Part shown: positions 43,102-55,694 of the stretch, piece after piece
Position numbering within the stretch: position 1 is the stretch's first letter
Layout: every line of letters begins with the position of its first letter
Source of the DNA: an uncultured Verrucomicrobiae bacterium
GTDB taxonomy: Bacteria; Verrucomicrobiota; Verrucomicrobiia; Palsa-1439
Direction: 5' to 3'
DNA: 64,000 nt
Assembly: GCA_963812605.1 (NCBI GenBank)
Contig: CAWEWF010000002.1
Location: forward strand, 96,001 to 160,000
Position numbers and translations under genes: made by a program
The notes under the pieces: generated by a model
Databases searched by the model: none
What the model saw: only the letters and a program-made list of their open reading frames with translations
Told to the model about the DNA's origin: nothing

Positions 43102-44589
43102 TTGATGGCACTGACCCGCTACGGCGAACTACGCAACCGCTTAATGCGCCAGGGATTTCCGAACGTCTTCGCGCCGGCGGTCCTGCGCGATGCCGACAGC
43201 AATTACATTCCCATCCCGATCAGCGAACGATTGGTGCAGTGCATCTGGTACGACCAACGGCTAAAACTCGGGGAATTGCGGACCACCGATGGCCGCCCGG
43301 TTCGTGTCATCTTCCAAGGTTGGTGGAACCTTGAGGCCGGCCCCGACTTTCGTCATGCGACCGTGCAGATTGGCAACGAAGCAGAACGCACGGGCGATAT
43401 TGAGTTGCATCTGCGCGCCGAGGATTGGGACCACCACCGGCACGAGCACGATACGCACTTCAACGACGTGATCCTCCATGTCGTCCTCTGGGAGGCCGGC
43501 AGCCAGCATGTGCCACGGACGCGCGCTGGCCAGATCATTCCGCAGATCGTCATTCAACATCACTTGGACACCGCGCTGGAGCAACTGTACGACGAAATCG
43601 ATCTCGACTCTTATCCGCACAACGCCGGCAATCATCACGGCCAGTGCGCGCAAGTGCTGCGCGCCCTGCCCACCGGTTCGCTCGCCGCGATGCTCGATGC
43701 CGCCGGGGACGAGCGGTTTGCCGCCAAGATGCGGCGCTTCACCCGCTGGATTCATCGCGTCGGCCCGGAACAGGCTTTTTACGAAGGCTGGATGGAAGCC
43801 CTCGGGTACAAGGCGAACAAGGTGGCATTTCGCACTCTGGCGCAACGGGTGCCCTTGGCGGACTTGAACGATCAGCGGTCGCAACTGGCCGCGATTCTCT
43901 TCGGCCTGGCCAACTTCCTGCCAACCGGCGCGCCCCAGTCGCGCGACTCGGCGGGCGCGCGCTACGTCAAGCGACTCTGGAACGCGTGGTGGAAACTTCG
44001 TCCCGATTTCGAGGCGCGAATTCTTTCACCCGAAACGTGGCGGTTTAGCGGCGTGCGGCCGGCGAACCATCCGCATCGACGCCTCGGCGCGGCGGTCGCC
44101 TTGCTGAAGAAACATCCGCGCTTCATGGAGAAAGTTATCGGCGCGATCCAAAGCGGCGGCGATCCGGCAAAGTTATTTTCCGAAATCCGCGACGATTATT
44201 GGAGTCATCATTTCACGCTCGGTAGCAAGACGCAGGCACGAGCGAGCGAATTGATCGGCGAGAGCCGCGCGCGGGAGATCGTCGCCAACATCGTGCTGCC
44301 CTTCGTCGCCGCCTGGGCGGAAAATGATGGTGACGGAAAACTTTACGAGACTGCCAAAGCCCGGTATGAGCGACTGCCTGCCGCGCCGTCGAATAGCATC
44401 ATCCGCCTGGCCAGTGGCCAGCTTTTCGAACAGCCAGCCTCCGCCCGCCGTTACCTCAAAACCGCGCGCCAGCAGCAGGGCTTGATGCAAATCTTCCAGG
44501 ACTTTTGTCTTAACGATAAATCCGCCTGCCACCAATGTCAGTTCCCCGACCTCGTCCGCCACTGGAGCGCCTCGCAACCAGGGCCATAG
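43102..44589 (+). CDS. DUF2851 family protein
   Basis: ERLVQCIW, GWWNLEAGPDF, GDIELH, WDHHRH, VILHVV, GVRPANHP.RR, terminal C..C..C. Confidence 0.85.
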   Translation: MMALTRYGELRNRLMRQGFPNVFAPAVLRDADSNYIPIPISERLVQCIWYDQRLKLGELRTTDGRPVRVIFQGWWNLEAGPDFRHATVQIGNEAERTGDIELHLRAEDWDHHRHEHDTHFNDVILHVVLWEAGSQHVPRTRAGQIIPQIVIQHHLDTALEQLYDEIDLDSYPHNAGNHHGQCAQVLRALPTGSLAAMLDAAGDERFAAKMRRFTRWIHRVGPEQAFYEGWMEALGYKANKVAFRTLAQRVPLADLNDQRSQLAAILFGLANFLPTGAPQSRDSAGARYVKRLWNAWWKLRPDFEARILSPETWRFSGVRPANHPHRRLGAAVALLKKHPRFMEKVIGAIQSGGDPAKLFSEIRDDYWSHHFTLGSKTQARASELIGESRAREIVANIVLPFVAAWAENDGDGKLYETAKARYERLPAAPSNSIIRLASGQLFEQPASARRYLKTARQQQGLMQIFQDFCLNDKSACHQCQFPDLVRHWSASQPGP

Positions 44590-44599
44590 CCAGATCCCG

Positions 44600-46147
44600 T
44601 CATGGCTTTACATCTTTATCGGCCGCGCAACGGAAGCCGACGTTGGTCGTGCGGTACTCACGGGGGCGGTCTGCGATCCGACGAGTGAGCGGGACTTCGC
44701 CTTCATCCCATGAACCGCCACGGACGACGGCGGTATCGCGGCTCGGGGTGGTGGCGGTCCACTCACTGACGTTGCCCTCCATGTCGGCTACACCACTGGG
44801 GCTGATATCGTCGGGGTACGCATAAACCTCGGCGCGTTTGATGCGCTTGGGATATTGGGAACTGTTGCACTTCAGGGGATCAGGCTTGTCACCCCACGGG
44901 AACAATCGGCCATCGGTGCCACGCGCCGCTTTCTCCCATTCTTCCTCAGTAGGCAAACGCTTCCCGCGCCATGAGGCATAGGCGCTGGCTGCGTACCAAT
45001 CAATCCCAAACACCGGCGTATCCCACGTGAGATAGTTGCTGCCGACGACGGTCTGGTTCTGAATGGCGCTGAGAATCTCATTCCAGTGGATGGGATGATA
45101 GTCCTCGTCGTGCGGTGTGAACGGATGCACTGTGAATCTGGCTGTTCCCGCATCGACCGCGTCGAGAAATTGTTTGTACTGGCCGAACGTGACTTCATAT
45201 TTGTCGATGTAGAATTCCGGCAATTGTTTCTTCTGCCCATCCTGGTAGAGAAATTCCCCGGCGGGAATCCGCACCATGGTTCCCATGTCGGCAGGCCGTG
45301 GCGGCGGCTTCAGCGTCGAAAGCGACTGCCACCAGAACCAGGCCGCTATCGCCGCCAGGGCGAGCGCAACTGATCCGACCACCGCAATGGTCACGGGACC
45401 GACCCGTTTCGGCTGGATCTGGCCGATGGTCGACCGAACGGTCTTGACGGGTGGAAAAAGTTTGCGGTCGAGCGCTTCGGCAGCGTCGGCAACCTCCATT
45501 GGCGACGCAAACTGCTTGTGGCCTTCCGTGCCGAGCATATTCTCGACGAACTCGCTGGTGGATTTGCTGACGGGAGCGATGTCATTGGCCAGGGTGGCAA
45601 TCATCACGGCAAGATTCAATACGTCCTCGCGTGGCGACTGGCTCGGTTGCATCTCGACGGCATCGACGTTGACGAGTTTGACGGCACCGGCGGCATTCGT
45701 CAGCACATTCTTATCCTGCGGCGGTTGATGGGGAATCTCGCGCTGCCAGAGGAAATCCAGCGCGCGCGCGACCCCGGCGACCGCCAGCAACAGGTGATGT
45801 TCATCCACCCCGCCGTCTTTCCGGAGGAACTGCGGCAGCGGCGGACCGTCCATGTATTCCATCGCGCAAAAATAAATACCGTCCGCCTGTCCGGCTTCAT
45901 AGACGGCGACGAGATGCGGGTGAACGAGCGCCGCGTCCGTGCGGGATTCCTCAAGAAAATGATTGGTCTTGCCGGGCATGGTCGCCAGTTCGGGCGAGAG
46001 GATGCGCACCGCGACCATGCGGTTCGTCGATTTCTGGATCGCGCGATATACCTTGCCCCAGCGACTGATGCCGATCTGCTCCTGGATCTCGTACGCGCGA
46101 ATCGTGCGCCCAATGATCGGATCGGGCGCGGGCGTTGGTTCCGTCAC
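44600..46147 (-). CDS. Degenerate Ser/Thr kinase domain + TM + FGE/SUMF1 domain
   Basis: Kinase N-lobe (YEIQEQIG, AMEYMDG); FYIDKYEVT, GKRLPTEEEWEKAARG, FPWG, DMEGNVSEW, RGGSW, GFRC. Confidence 0.85.
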   Translation of the reverse strand: MTEPTPAPDPIIGRTIRAYEIQEQIGISRWGKVYRAIQKSTNRMVAVRILSPELATMPGKTNHFLEESRTDAALVHPHLVAVYEAGQADGIYFCAMEYMDGPPLPQFLRKDGGVDEHHLLLAVAGVARALDFLWQREIPHQPPQDKNVLTNAAGAVKLVNVDAVEMQPSQSPREDVLNLAVMIATLANDIAPVSKSTSEFVENMLGTEGHKQFASPMEVADAAEALDRKLFPPVKTVRSTIGQIQPKRVGPVTIAVVGSVALALAAIAAWFWWQSLSTLKPPPRPADMGTMVRIPAGEFLYQDGQKKQLPEFYIDKYEVTFGQYKQFLDAVDAGTARFTVHPFTPHDEDYHPIHWNEILSAIQNQTVVGSNYLTWDTPVFGIDWYAASAYASWRGKRLPTEEEWEKAARGTDGRLFPWGDKPDPLKCNSSQYPKRIKRAEVYAYPDDISPSGVADMEGNVSEWTATTPSRDTAVVRGGSWDEGEVPLTRRIADRPREYRTTNVGFRCAADKDVKP

Positions 46148-47082
46148 GAAGCACCTCCCAGAAGCGGAAGGGGGGCCAGCGGGCGCAACGACGGTGGCAC
46201 GGCGGCAATGTCCTGCATCTGTCTGCGATAGTACGTACGCACCACGAAGCCGACGAATTCACGTGGCGCACCGGGAAACCGAACGGCGAACGACTTGGTC
46301 GAGAAATTCTCCCACTGCGGAATTGGCAACCAGATCGGTTCGCGCCAGGTGACGCTCGATCCCGTGCCGCCCAGGGCGGCGAATTGGACGCAGATGGCCA
46401 CCGCGGCCGTGCTCAGTTCGCGCTCGCCAACCTGCGCCTTGGCTTGAACGGAGACGCTTACCGCGCCCCCGCTTTCGCTGCGCTCCACGCGCGCAATGCG
46501 GATCATGCGGTTCCACACGGCTGGTTCGGCCACGGGCGCCGCGGCGCCAACAACCGCCGCCGGACGTGGCTCATTCAAGACCGTCGCATTGGTTGCCGTG
46601 GACCCGGCAGGCGGCGCCGTCGCCGGCTCCGGGTGCGTGACCAGCGCGGTTTCCAGCTTCACTTTCCTTGGCCGGTCCTCGGAGAACATCGAACTGAGCA
46701 ACGCAACCTGCCCGCCGATCACCAGGAAGACAATCGTAATCGCGAGGACCTGGAGCAAGTCGAGGGGACGACGCTGTCGCTTGCCAGGAACTCCATGAAC
46801 GATTTCAAAACGCAGGCGCACGCCGCCGATCTCCAGTTCGTCACCGGAAGCGAGGCGGCCTTCGGTGATTGGCTTGCCGTTGATGCAAACGCCCCCAACG
46901 CTGTCCAAATCGTGGAGGTAGTACCCGTCAATATGGCGTTCGATGGCGGCGTGGCGCCCGCTCACGCCGGGTTCGCCCAGTTGAATGTTGCAGTTGGCGT
47001 CGCGACCGATGACGAGCGACGGTAGCTCGACAACCACCGGTTCTTTCGGCGCGATCCGATTCTGAAACACCAAACGGTACAT
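46144..47082 (-). CDS. FHA-domain membrane protein
   Basis: VIGRDANC..GVSGRHA..LHDLDS..LASGDELEIG; one TM; Pro/Ala linker. Confidence 0.85.
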   Translation of the reverse strand: MYRLVFQNRIAPKEPVVVELPSLVIGRDANCNIQLGEPGVSGRHAAIERHIDGYYLHDLDSVGGVCINGKPITEGRLASGDELEIGGVRLRFEIVHGVPGKRQRRPLDLLQVLAITIVFLVIGGQVALLSSMFSEDRPRKVKLETALVTHPEPATAPPAGSTATNATVLNEPRPAAVVGAAAPVAEPAVWNRMIRIARVERSESGGAVSVSVQAKAQVGERELSTAAVAICVQFAALGGTGSSVTWREPIWLPIPQWENFSTKSFAVRFPGAPREFVGFVVRTYYRRQMQDIAAVPPSLRPLAPLPLLGGAS

Positions 47083-47130
47083 AGTTTCCCCGCCGATGAT
47101 ACCATAGCCGGGCGACGCGCCCACGGTTTT

Positions 47131-48117
47131 TCAAGGACGGTTGGCGCCCGGGTCGTATCCCGCGGGATGCGCCTGGTGCCACTGCCAGGCGCTGTCGATA
47201 ATGGCTTCGAGCGAGTCGAAGCGCGGTTTCCAGCCCAGCACCTTGCGGATTTTCGTCGAATCACCCACCAGTTTTGGCGGATCGCCCGGGCGACGCGGTT
47301 TCTCGATGACAGGAATTTTGTGCCCGGTGACCTTGCGCGCGGTTTCGACGACCTGCCGGACCGAGTAACCGTCGCCGCTGCCGAGGTTGAAGACATCGCT
47401 ACCGTCCCACTTCAACGCCAGCATGTGGGCCTCAGCGAGATCGATAATGTGGATGTAGTCGCGAACGCAGGTGCCGTCGGGAGTTGGGTAATCCGTGCCG
47501 TAGATCTCGACGTGCGGCTTCTGGTCGAGGGACACCTTCAGGACATTGGGGATCAGGTGCGTTTCCACGCGGTGATGTTCGCCAAACTTGCGCGACGCGC
47601 CCGCCGCGTTGAAGTAACGCAGGCAAACGTACTGCAGGCCGTGCTGTTGCTGGTACCAATGGAGAATCCGCTCGAACATCAGCTTCGATTCGCCATAGGG
47701 ATTGATCGGCTCCTTGGCGTCGTCCTCGGTAATCGGCACCTGTTTTGGCGTGCCAAAAATCGCGCACGTCGAGGAGAAGACGAACTTGCCAACGCCCGCC
47801 CGGACGCAGGCTTCGAGGAGATTGATGCCGTTGCCGACGTTGTTGCGGAAATATTTGCTCGGGTTGGTCATGCTCTCCGGGACGAGGGCGTTGGCCGCAA
47901 AATGCACGACCGCCTCGGGACGGATCCGTTCGAGCGTCTCGAAGAGCATTGGACGCTCCGCCAGGTCTCCTTCAATGAACTCCGCCCGGTCGTCGATGGC
48001 CGCGCGATGTCCCTCGCTTAAATTGTCAAAAACGAAGATTTCCTGGCCCGCATTGAGCAATTCCTCGACGCAAATGCTGCCGATATATCCCGCCCCACCC
48101 GTGACAAGTATTTTCAT
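47131..48117 (-). CDS. galE: UDP-glucose 4-epimerase
   Basis: ILVTGGAGYIGS, FSSTCA, PINPYGESK, LRYFNAAG, DGTCVRDYIH. Confidence 0.96.
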   Translation of the reverse strand: MKILVTGGAGYIGSICVEELLNAGQEIFVFDNLSEGHRAAIDDRAEFIEGDLAERPMLFETLERIRPEAVVHFAANALVPESMTNPSKYFRNNVGNGINLLEACVRAGVGKFVFSSTCAIFGTPKQVPITEDDAKEPINPYGESKLMFERILHWYQQQHGLQYVCLRYFNAAGASRKFGEHHRVETHLIPNVLKVSLDQKPHVEIYGTDYPTPDGTCVRDYIHIIDLAEAHMLALKWDGSDVFNLGSGDGYSVRQVVETARKVTGHKIPVIEKPRRPGDPPKLVGDSTKIRKVLGWKPRFDSLEAIIDSAWQWHQAHPAGYDPGANRP

Positions 48118-48127
48118 GGCGGCGGCG

Positions 48128-48231
48128 ATGCTACTGAAGCGCAGCGCTCCGCGCAAGGAGGGAACGCTTCGGCGATCCTCTTGCCGAAGATTAGCCCGAT
48201 GCTTGCGGGTCCTCTGATGCCCTGTTACACT
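48128..48231. promoter_or_regulatory. Divergent putative sigma70 promoters for galE and glgA
   Basis: Minus strand TTGCGC-17-TAGCAT (48156-48128); plus strand TTGCGG-17-TACACT (48203-48231); each about 10 nt from its ATG. Confidence 0.55.
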
Positions 48232-48241
48232 CTCGCTCCGC

Positions 48242-49807
48242 ATGCCCCCTGTAACCAAAGCCCGAACGCCGGTGTCGCGCCGGAAACGCGCAGAGCGAAA
48301 TTCGCAACCGACGAACGGCGAGCACGAGGAAGGTTTAAAAATCCTCTTCGTCTCGTCCGAGTGTGTGCCGTTTGCGAAAGTCGGCGGCCTCGCCGATGTG
48401 GTCGGCGGCTTGTCAAAGGCGTTGCGACGGCTGGGGCACGATGTGCGCATCGTCGTTCCACTCTATTCACTGATCGACCGCGCCCAATACGGCATCAAGT
48501 TCGTCGGCCCCGCCTGCGTGCATATGGGCGGGGGCGTCGAGCATTGGATTGGGTTGCACACGGGACTTCTCGATGGAGAAGTGCCGGTGTGGTTCGTGGA
48601 ATACGACGCCTACTTCGGACGGCCGGGGATTTACGACGGGCCGACGGGTCATTATATGGACAATGCGTTTCGCTTCGCGTTGTTGTCGAAGGCGGCCCTG
48701 CAGATTTGCAAGGATCAGAACTTCATTCCGCACGTCGTTCATGCTCATGATTGGCCGACCGCGACCGCGCCGGTGTTTCTCAAGACCTGGGACCGGGTCC
48801 TCTCGCCGCTGTCGAATACCGCCAGCGTATTGACGATCCACAACATCGGCTACCAGGGCGTCTACAATGCGAACGTCATGCCGTATCTCGGCCTCGGCGC
48901 GGAACACTTCACACCCGATAAGTTTGAGGACCACGGCAAGGCCAACCTGCTCAAGGCCGGCGTCTCGTTCGCGGATGCGCTGACGACCGTCTCGCCGACA
49001 CACGCAAAGGAAATCGTCGAGCCGGTGGGCGGCATGGGGCTGGCGATGTTTTTGAACAATCGCCGGGCCGATCTCTTCGGTATCCTCAACGGCGTGGATT
49101 ATTCGGAGTGGAATCCCGCGACCGACAAATACATTTCCGCGCACTTCACCGCGAACGACCTCCGTGGCAAGGCCGCTTGCAAGGCCGCGCTCCAAAATCA
49201 TTTTCACCTCGAAGAGCGCGCCGATGTCCCGCTGTTCGGCATCGTGAGCCGCTTCGTGCATCAGAAAGGATTCAGCCTCCTGCGCGAGGCGTTGCCGCCG
49301 GCGCTCGACAACATGGTCATGCAATGCGTGGTGCTCGGCAGCGGGGACGCGGACACCGAGAATTTCTTCCGCTGGCTGCGCACCAGGTATCCCGGTCGCG
49401 TCGGAGCGCACATCGGGTTCTCTTCCGAATTGAGCCATCTCATCGAGGCGGGCTGTGATTTCTTCCTCATGCCGTCCCTCTACGAACCCTGCGGCCTCAA
49501 CCAGATTTACTCCCTCAAGTACGGCACCCTGCCCGTTGTCCGCGCCACCGGCGGCCTCGACGACACGGTGCAGAATTATGACGAAGCGACCGGCAACGGC
49601 ACCGGGTTCAAGTTTTGGGAGCCCTCCGGTCGCGCGCTGTACTATTGCATCGGCTGGGCCGTCGCGACCTGGTTCGACCGCCCCCAACACATTCTTCAGC
49701 TGCGCCAACAAGCGATGGCGCAAAATTTCGATTGGGTCGCTTCGGCGCAGCAATACGTTGATGTGTATCGACACGCGCTGCGGAAGAAACTGGCCACACC
49801 GGTGTAG
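48242..49807 (+). CDS. glgA: Glycogen synthase
   Basis: SECVPFAKVGGLADV, HAHDW, TIHNIGYQG, GILNGVD, MPSLYEPCGLNQ, TGGLDDTV. Confidence 0.96.
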   Translation: MPPVTKARTPVSRRKRAERNSQPTNGEHEEGLKILFVSSECVPFAKVGGLADVVGGLSKALRRLGHDVRIVVPLYSLIDRAQYGIKFVGPACVHMGGGVEHWIGLHTGLLDGEVPVWFVEYDAYFGRPGIYDGPTGHYMDNAFRFALLSKAALQICKDQNFIPHVVHAHDWPTATAPVFLKTWDRVLSPLSNTASVLTIHNIGYQGVYNANVMPYLGLGAEHFTPDKFEDHGKANLLKAGVSFADALTTVSPTHAKEIVEPVGGMGLAMFLNNRRADLFGILNGVDYSEWNPATDKYISAHFTANDLRGKAACKAALQNHFHLEERADVPLFGIVSRFVHQKGFSLLREALPPALDNMVMQCVVLGSGDADTENFFRWLRTRYPGRVGAHIGFSSELSHLIEAGCDFFLMPSLYEPCGLNQIYSLKYGTLPVVRATGGLDDTVQNYDEATGNGTGFKFWEPSGRALYYCIGWAVATWFDRPQHILQLRQQAMAQNFDWVASAQQYVDVYRHALRKKLATPV

Positions 49808-49930
49808 GCTGGACTCCAACTCTTCCAACAAGCCTGGCGCAGAACTTCGATTGGGTCGCTTCGGCGCAGCATTACGTTGAGTGTATCGGCACGCGCTTCG
49901 AAGAAAATGGCCACGCCGGTGTAGCTGGAC
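49705..49930 (+). repeat. Tandem imperfect duplication of the glgA 3' end (~110 bp)
   Basis: 49705-49814 versus ~49825-49930, both ending ccggtgtag(g)ctggac. Confidence 0.9.
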
Positions 49931-49938
49931 GCCACGTG

Positions 49939-49978
49939 TTGACATCACTCGATGATACATCAGTTACATATGTATCAT
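49939..49978 (+). promoter_or_regulatory. TTGACA plus palindromic operator upstream of the PadR gene
   Basis: TTGACA at 49939; ATGATACAT-9 nt-ATGTATCAT at 49952-49978. Confidence 0.65.
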
Positions 49979-50081
49979 GCCGATCAACATGGACGGAAGG
50001 CGCGGGAAGACGGGGTCTCGATAGGGCACTTTCCAGCGCATTTACTCCTGAGACGCAAACGACCCGCGCCGGGTGGTCTGA

Positions 50082-50401
50082 TGGCCCAGATGCGAAAGGG
50101 TACAACCGCCTGGATTGTGCTGGCGGTTCTCGAAAACCGCGATGAACTGTACGGCTACGGCCTGCGACGCGAAGCGTTCAAAAAGTCGAAAGGTTTATTT
50201 CCAATTCAGGAAGGTGCGCTGTATCCCTTGCTGGATCGAATGCGGCGCGCGCGGTGGGTGACATCGAGACGCCAGACTGTTACCGGTGAGAGAGAAGGTA
50301 TTACCGCATCAGCGCCCGCGGCCGCCTTGTGCTCGCCGAATATCGTCGCGAGTGGAAATTGCTGTCGTCGGTGCTCGACGCTCGGTTGTCACCACGCGTA
50401 A
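50082..50401 (+). CDS. PadR-family transcriptional regulator, frameshifted near 50290; start uncertain
   Basis: [28 protein letters not shown]; alternative frame [21 protein letters not shown]. Confidence 0.8.
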
Positions 50402-50413
50402 GAGTCTTAATTT

Positions 50414-50507
50414 GGAGGGCCACGCTCTGTCGTGGCCGTCTGGGATCACCGACGGCACCGGACGCGATCCTTCGACTTCGCTCAGGACAGGCTCCGCGCG
50501 TCCCTCC
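50414..50507. repeat. REPIN-like element: two inverted GGAG-type REPs, one with a nested insert
   Basis: GGAG-GGCCACG-ctctgt-CGTGGCC (50414-50437); minus strand GGAG-GGACGCG...CGCGTCC (50507-50460) with loop insert tccttcgacttcgctcaggacaggc. Confidence 0.75.
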
Positions 50508-50523
50508 GTCTCACGCGTAAGAC

Positions 50524-50552
50524 TTGCGGCGCTGCCGTGCGCCCGGTATAGT
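50524..50552 (+). promoter_or_regulatory. Putative sigma70 promoter of leuS
   Basis: TTGCGG-17 nt-TATAGT, ATG at 50564. Confidence 0.6.
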
Positions 50553-50563
50553 CTCGTCGCTTT

Positions 50564-53183
<2,620 letters not shown>

Positions 53184-53184
<1 letters not shown>

Positions 53185-54973
53185 TGAAGGCGATTACCCA
53201 GTTCTGGCAGCAGGTCAAAACACACAGCCTTGGGCGCTCTGTTCTGTTGAGTGTGCTCGTCGGTGTCGTTGCCGGATTCGGGGCGCTGGGCTTCAATTTC
53301 ATCCTCAATAGCGCGGGTGACCTTTTCATGGTGCGGGCGGTCGGCTATCAGATGCCGCAACCCGGCGGGGAGGGCGTGACGAAGATACCCGCAGAAGCGT
53401 CGCGGCGATGGTTATTGTTCGTCGTGCCAGCGTTCGGTGGATTACTCTCCGGTTTGCTCGTGTTCTCCCTCGCTCCTGAAGCGGAAGGGCATGGCACCGA
53501 CGCAATGGTCGACGCGTTCCATCAGAAACGCGGGGTCATTCGCAAACGAGTGCCCATCATCAAAACGTTCGCTTCGGCTCTGACGATCGGGAGCGGCGGA
53601 TCAGCGGGACGCGAGGGGCCGATTGCGCAGGTCGGCGCGGCGTTCGGGTCAGCATTGGCGACGTGGTTGAAAGCCAGCGACCGCGAACGTCGAACTCTGT
53701 TGCTGGCCGGTGCGGGCGCGGGAATCGGGGCGGTGTTTCGCGCGCCACTCGGCGGGGCGCTATTCGCAATGGAAGTGCTGTATCGCGACATTGAGTTTGA
53801 AACAGCGGCGTTGGTGCCGTGTTTTGTGGCGGCAATCGTGTCGTACTCCATCTACTGCGGGGTGAGCGGCAGTTGGGGCGCGATTTTCTCGGTGCCGAAC
53901 GTGACGTTCAACCATCCGCTGGAGTTGCCGCTGTACGTGGTGCTGGGGGCCGTGTGCGCACTGATGGGCATGTTGTACGTGAAGGTGTTTTACGGCATGC
54001 GCGACCATGTATTCCGTAAGCTGCGCCTCCCCAACCATCTGAAGCCAGCGCTTGGCGGACTGGTGGTCGGCGCAATTGGCTTCTTCTTACCCCAGGTGTT
54101 GGGCATGGGTTACGGATGGGTGCAATTGGCCATGAACCAGCAACTGCCGCTGAAGATCATCGTCGCCGTCGCGTTCATCAAGATTCTCACGACAAGTTTG
54201 ACAATCAGTTCGGGAGGTAGCGGCGGCGTATTTGCGCCGTCGATGGTAATCGGCGGCATGGTCGGCGCCGCAGTCGGCACGGTGCTGCACGCCTGGCTGC
54301 CCCAGATCGTGACGCAACCCGCGGCGTTTGCACTCGTCGGCATGGCGGGATTCTTTGCGGGCGTGGCCAAGGCACCAGTGTCCTCGCTCATCATGGTGTC
54401 AGAAATGACGACCGGCTACGGCTTGCTCACTCCGCTAATGTTGACAACAGCGGTGGGCTATCTCCTGGTGCCCCGTCGCCTCTCCCTTTACGAGAATCAG
54501 GTGGAATCGCGAGTCGATTCTCCAGCTCACGAAGGCGAGTACATGGTGGACACATTGGAAGGGCTGTTTGTGCGGGACGCGATGCCCAAGGCCCTTCAAC
54601 CCGTTACGGTCCGATTCGATGCGCCGTTGCCAGAGATTCTCGACACTGTTGCCGACTGCCGACAGCATGTGTTCCCCGTGCTGGATCCGGGGACGGGTTG
54701 CAGGGGGTAATTTTGTTCGACGACATCCGTTTGTTTTTCACCGAGCGCAACCTTCCCCGGGAGGCAGTGGTCGCGCAGGATTTGTTGGCTTCCAATCTTG
54801 TGACCGTCCATCCCGACGAAGACCTTATGTCTACCCTGAAGAAGTTTCGCGAGACCGAACAGGTGGAACTGGTCGTCGTCGAGCGCGAGAACCCGCGCCG
54901 CGTCGTCGGCATCCTGAGCCGTCGCGATGTCCTTTCCACGTACCAGGATCGGGTGCAGCGACGGAGAACTTGA
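53184..54973 (+). CDS. ClC-family chloride channel/antiporter with CBS pair; frameshift ~54690
   Basis: GHGTD, GGSAGREGP, FRAPLGG, GGSGGVFAPS; the CBS pair continues in ORF 54698-54973. Confidence 0.9.
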
Positions 54974-55048
54974 AGGAAACGCAGATTCTAGTTGAGCCGC
55001 AGCGAAACTCAGCTATATTCTGGACAGCAGCAGGTGAGTGAGGTCACA

Positions 55049-55189
55049 ATGTTGAAATTGACGAGGCAGGAGCAATTGATCGTGGCGTTCTTCTTGTCCG
55101 CGCTCCTGTTGGGAACAGCGGTTAGGGAATGGCGCGCGCGGCATCCAAAGGCCGCCAGCGTCGCGACATCGGAAATGAGGGGCCGCTAA
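55049..55189 (+). CDS. Small single-TM protein
   Basis: MLKLTRQEQLIVAFFLSALLLGTAVREWRARHP; GAGG upstream; stop overlaps the next ATG (TAATG). Confidence 0.55.
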   Translation: MLKLTRQEQLIVAFFLSALLLGTAVREWRARHPKAASVATSEMRGR

Positions 55190-55680
55190 TGCAAAAGCAG
55201 AATTTCGCGGAGGCAGTCGACGAGGTCGTGCGAGCGGATGGGCGTTACGATCGCGACGCCTACTACTTTGTGCGTGAGGGCCTCGACTTCACCATCAAAA
55301 TGCTCAAGAAGGATTCGCGCGGCGCGGGACGGCATGTCAGTGGCCAGGAATTGCTTGACGGGTTACGGCGTTTTGCGCTCGATCAATTTGGTCCGATGGC
55401 CAAGACCGTCCTCAGCCATTGGAACGTGAAAAAATGCGAGGATTTTGGGGAGATTGTATTTCGCATGGTGGACAAGGGCATCCTCGGCAAAACCGAACAG
55501 GACACCCGCGAAGATTTCAAAAACGGTTATGATTTTGACGAGGCCTTCGTCAAACCCTACCAGCCGCCTCCGCGCACGCGCAGCCGTCGTCCCGCCAAGA
55601 GCCAGGACGCCCCGGATCGCTTTCACAGTGTGCCGAGCCGCGCTTCCGATGCGAAGAAATTGAGCGGCGGCTCGAACTAG
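55189..55680 (+). CDS. Minf_1886-family (Verrucomicrobia/Planctomycetes-restricted) protein
   Basis: DGRYDRDAYYFVREGLD, RHVSGQELL, QFGPMA, W..EDFGEIVF..D..EDF. Confidence 0.8.
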   Translation: MQKQNFAEAVDEVVRADGRYDRDAYYFVREGLDFTIKMLKKDSRGAGRHVSGQELLDGLRRFALDQFGPMAKTVLSHWNVKKCEDFGEIVFRMVDKGILGKTEQDTREDFKNGYDFDEAFVKPYQPPPRTRSRRPAKSQDAPDRFHSVPSRASDAKKLSGGSN

Positions 55681-55694
55681 GTGTCTGAGACGGC

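Noticed and set aside
48157-48178. GGAG-GGAACGC-ttcg-GCGATCC as another REP
   Set aside because: Single imperfect copy between divergent promoters with no partner; too weak to call.
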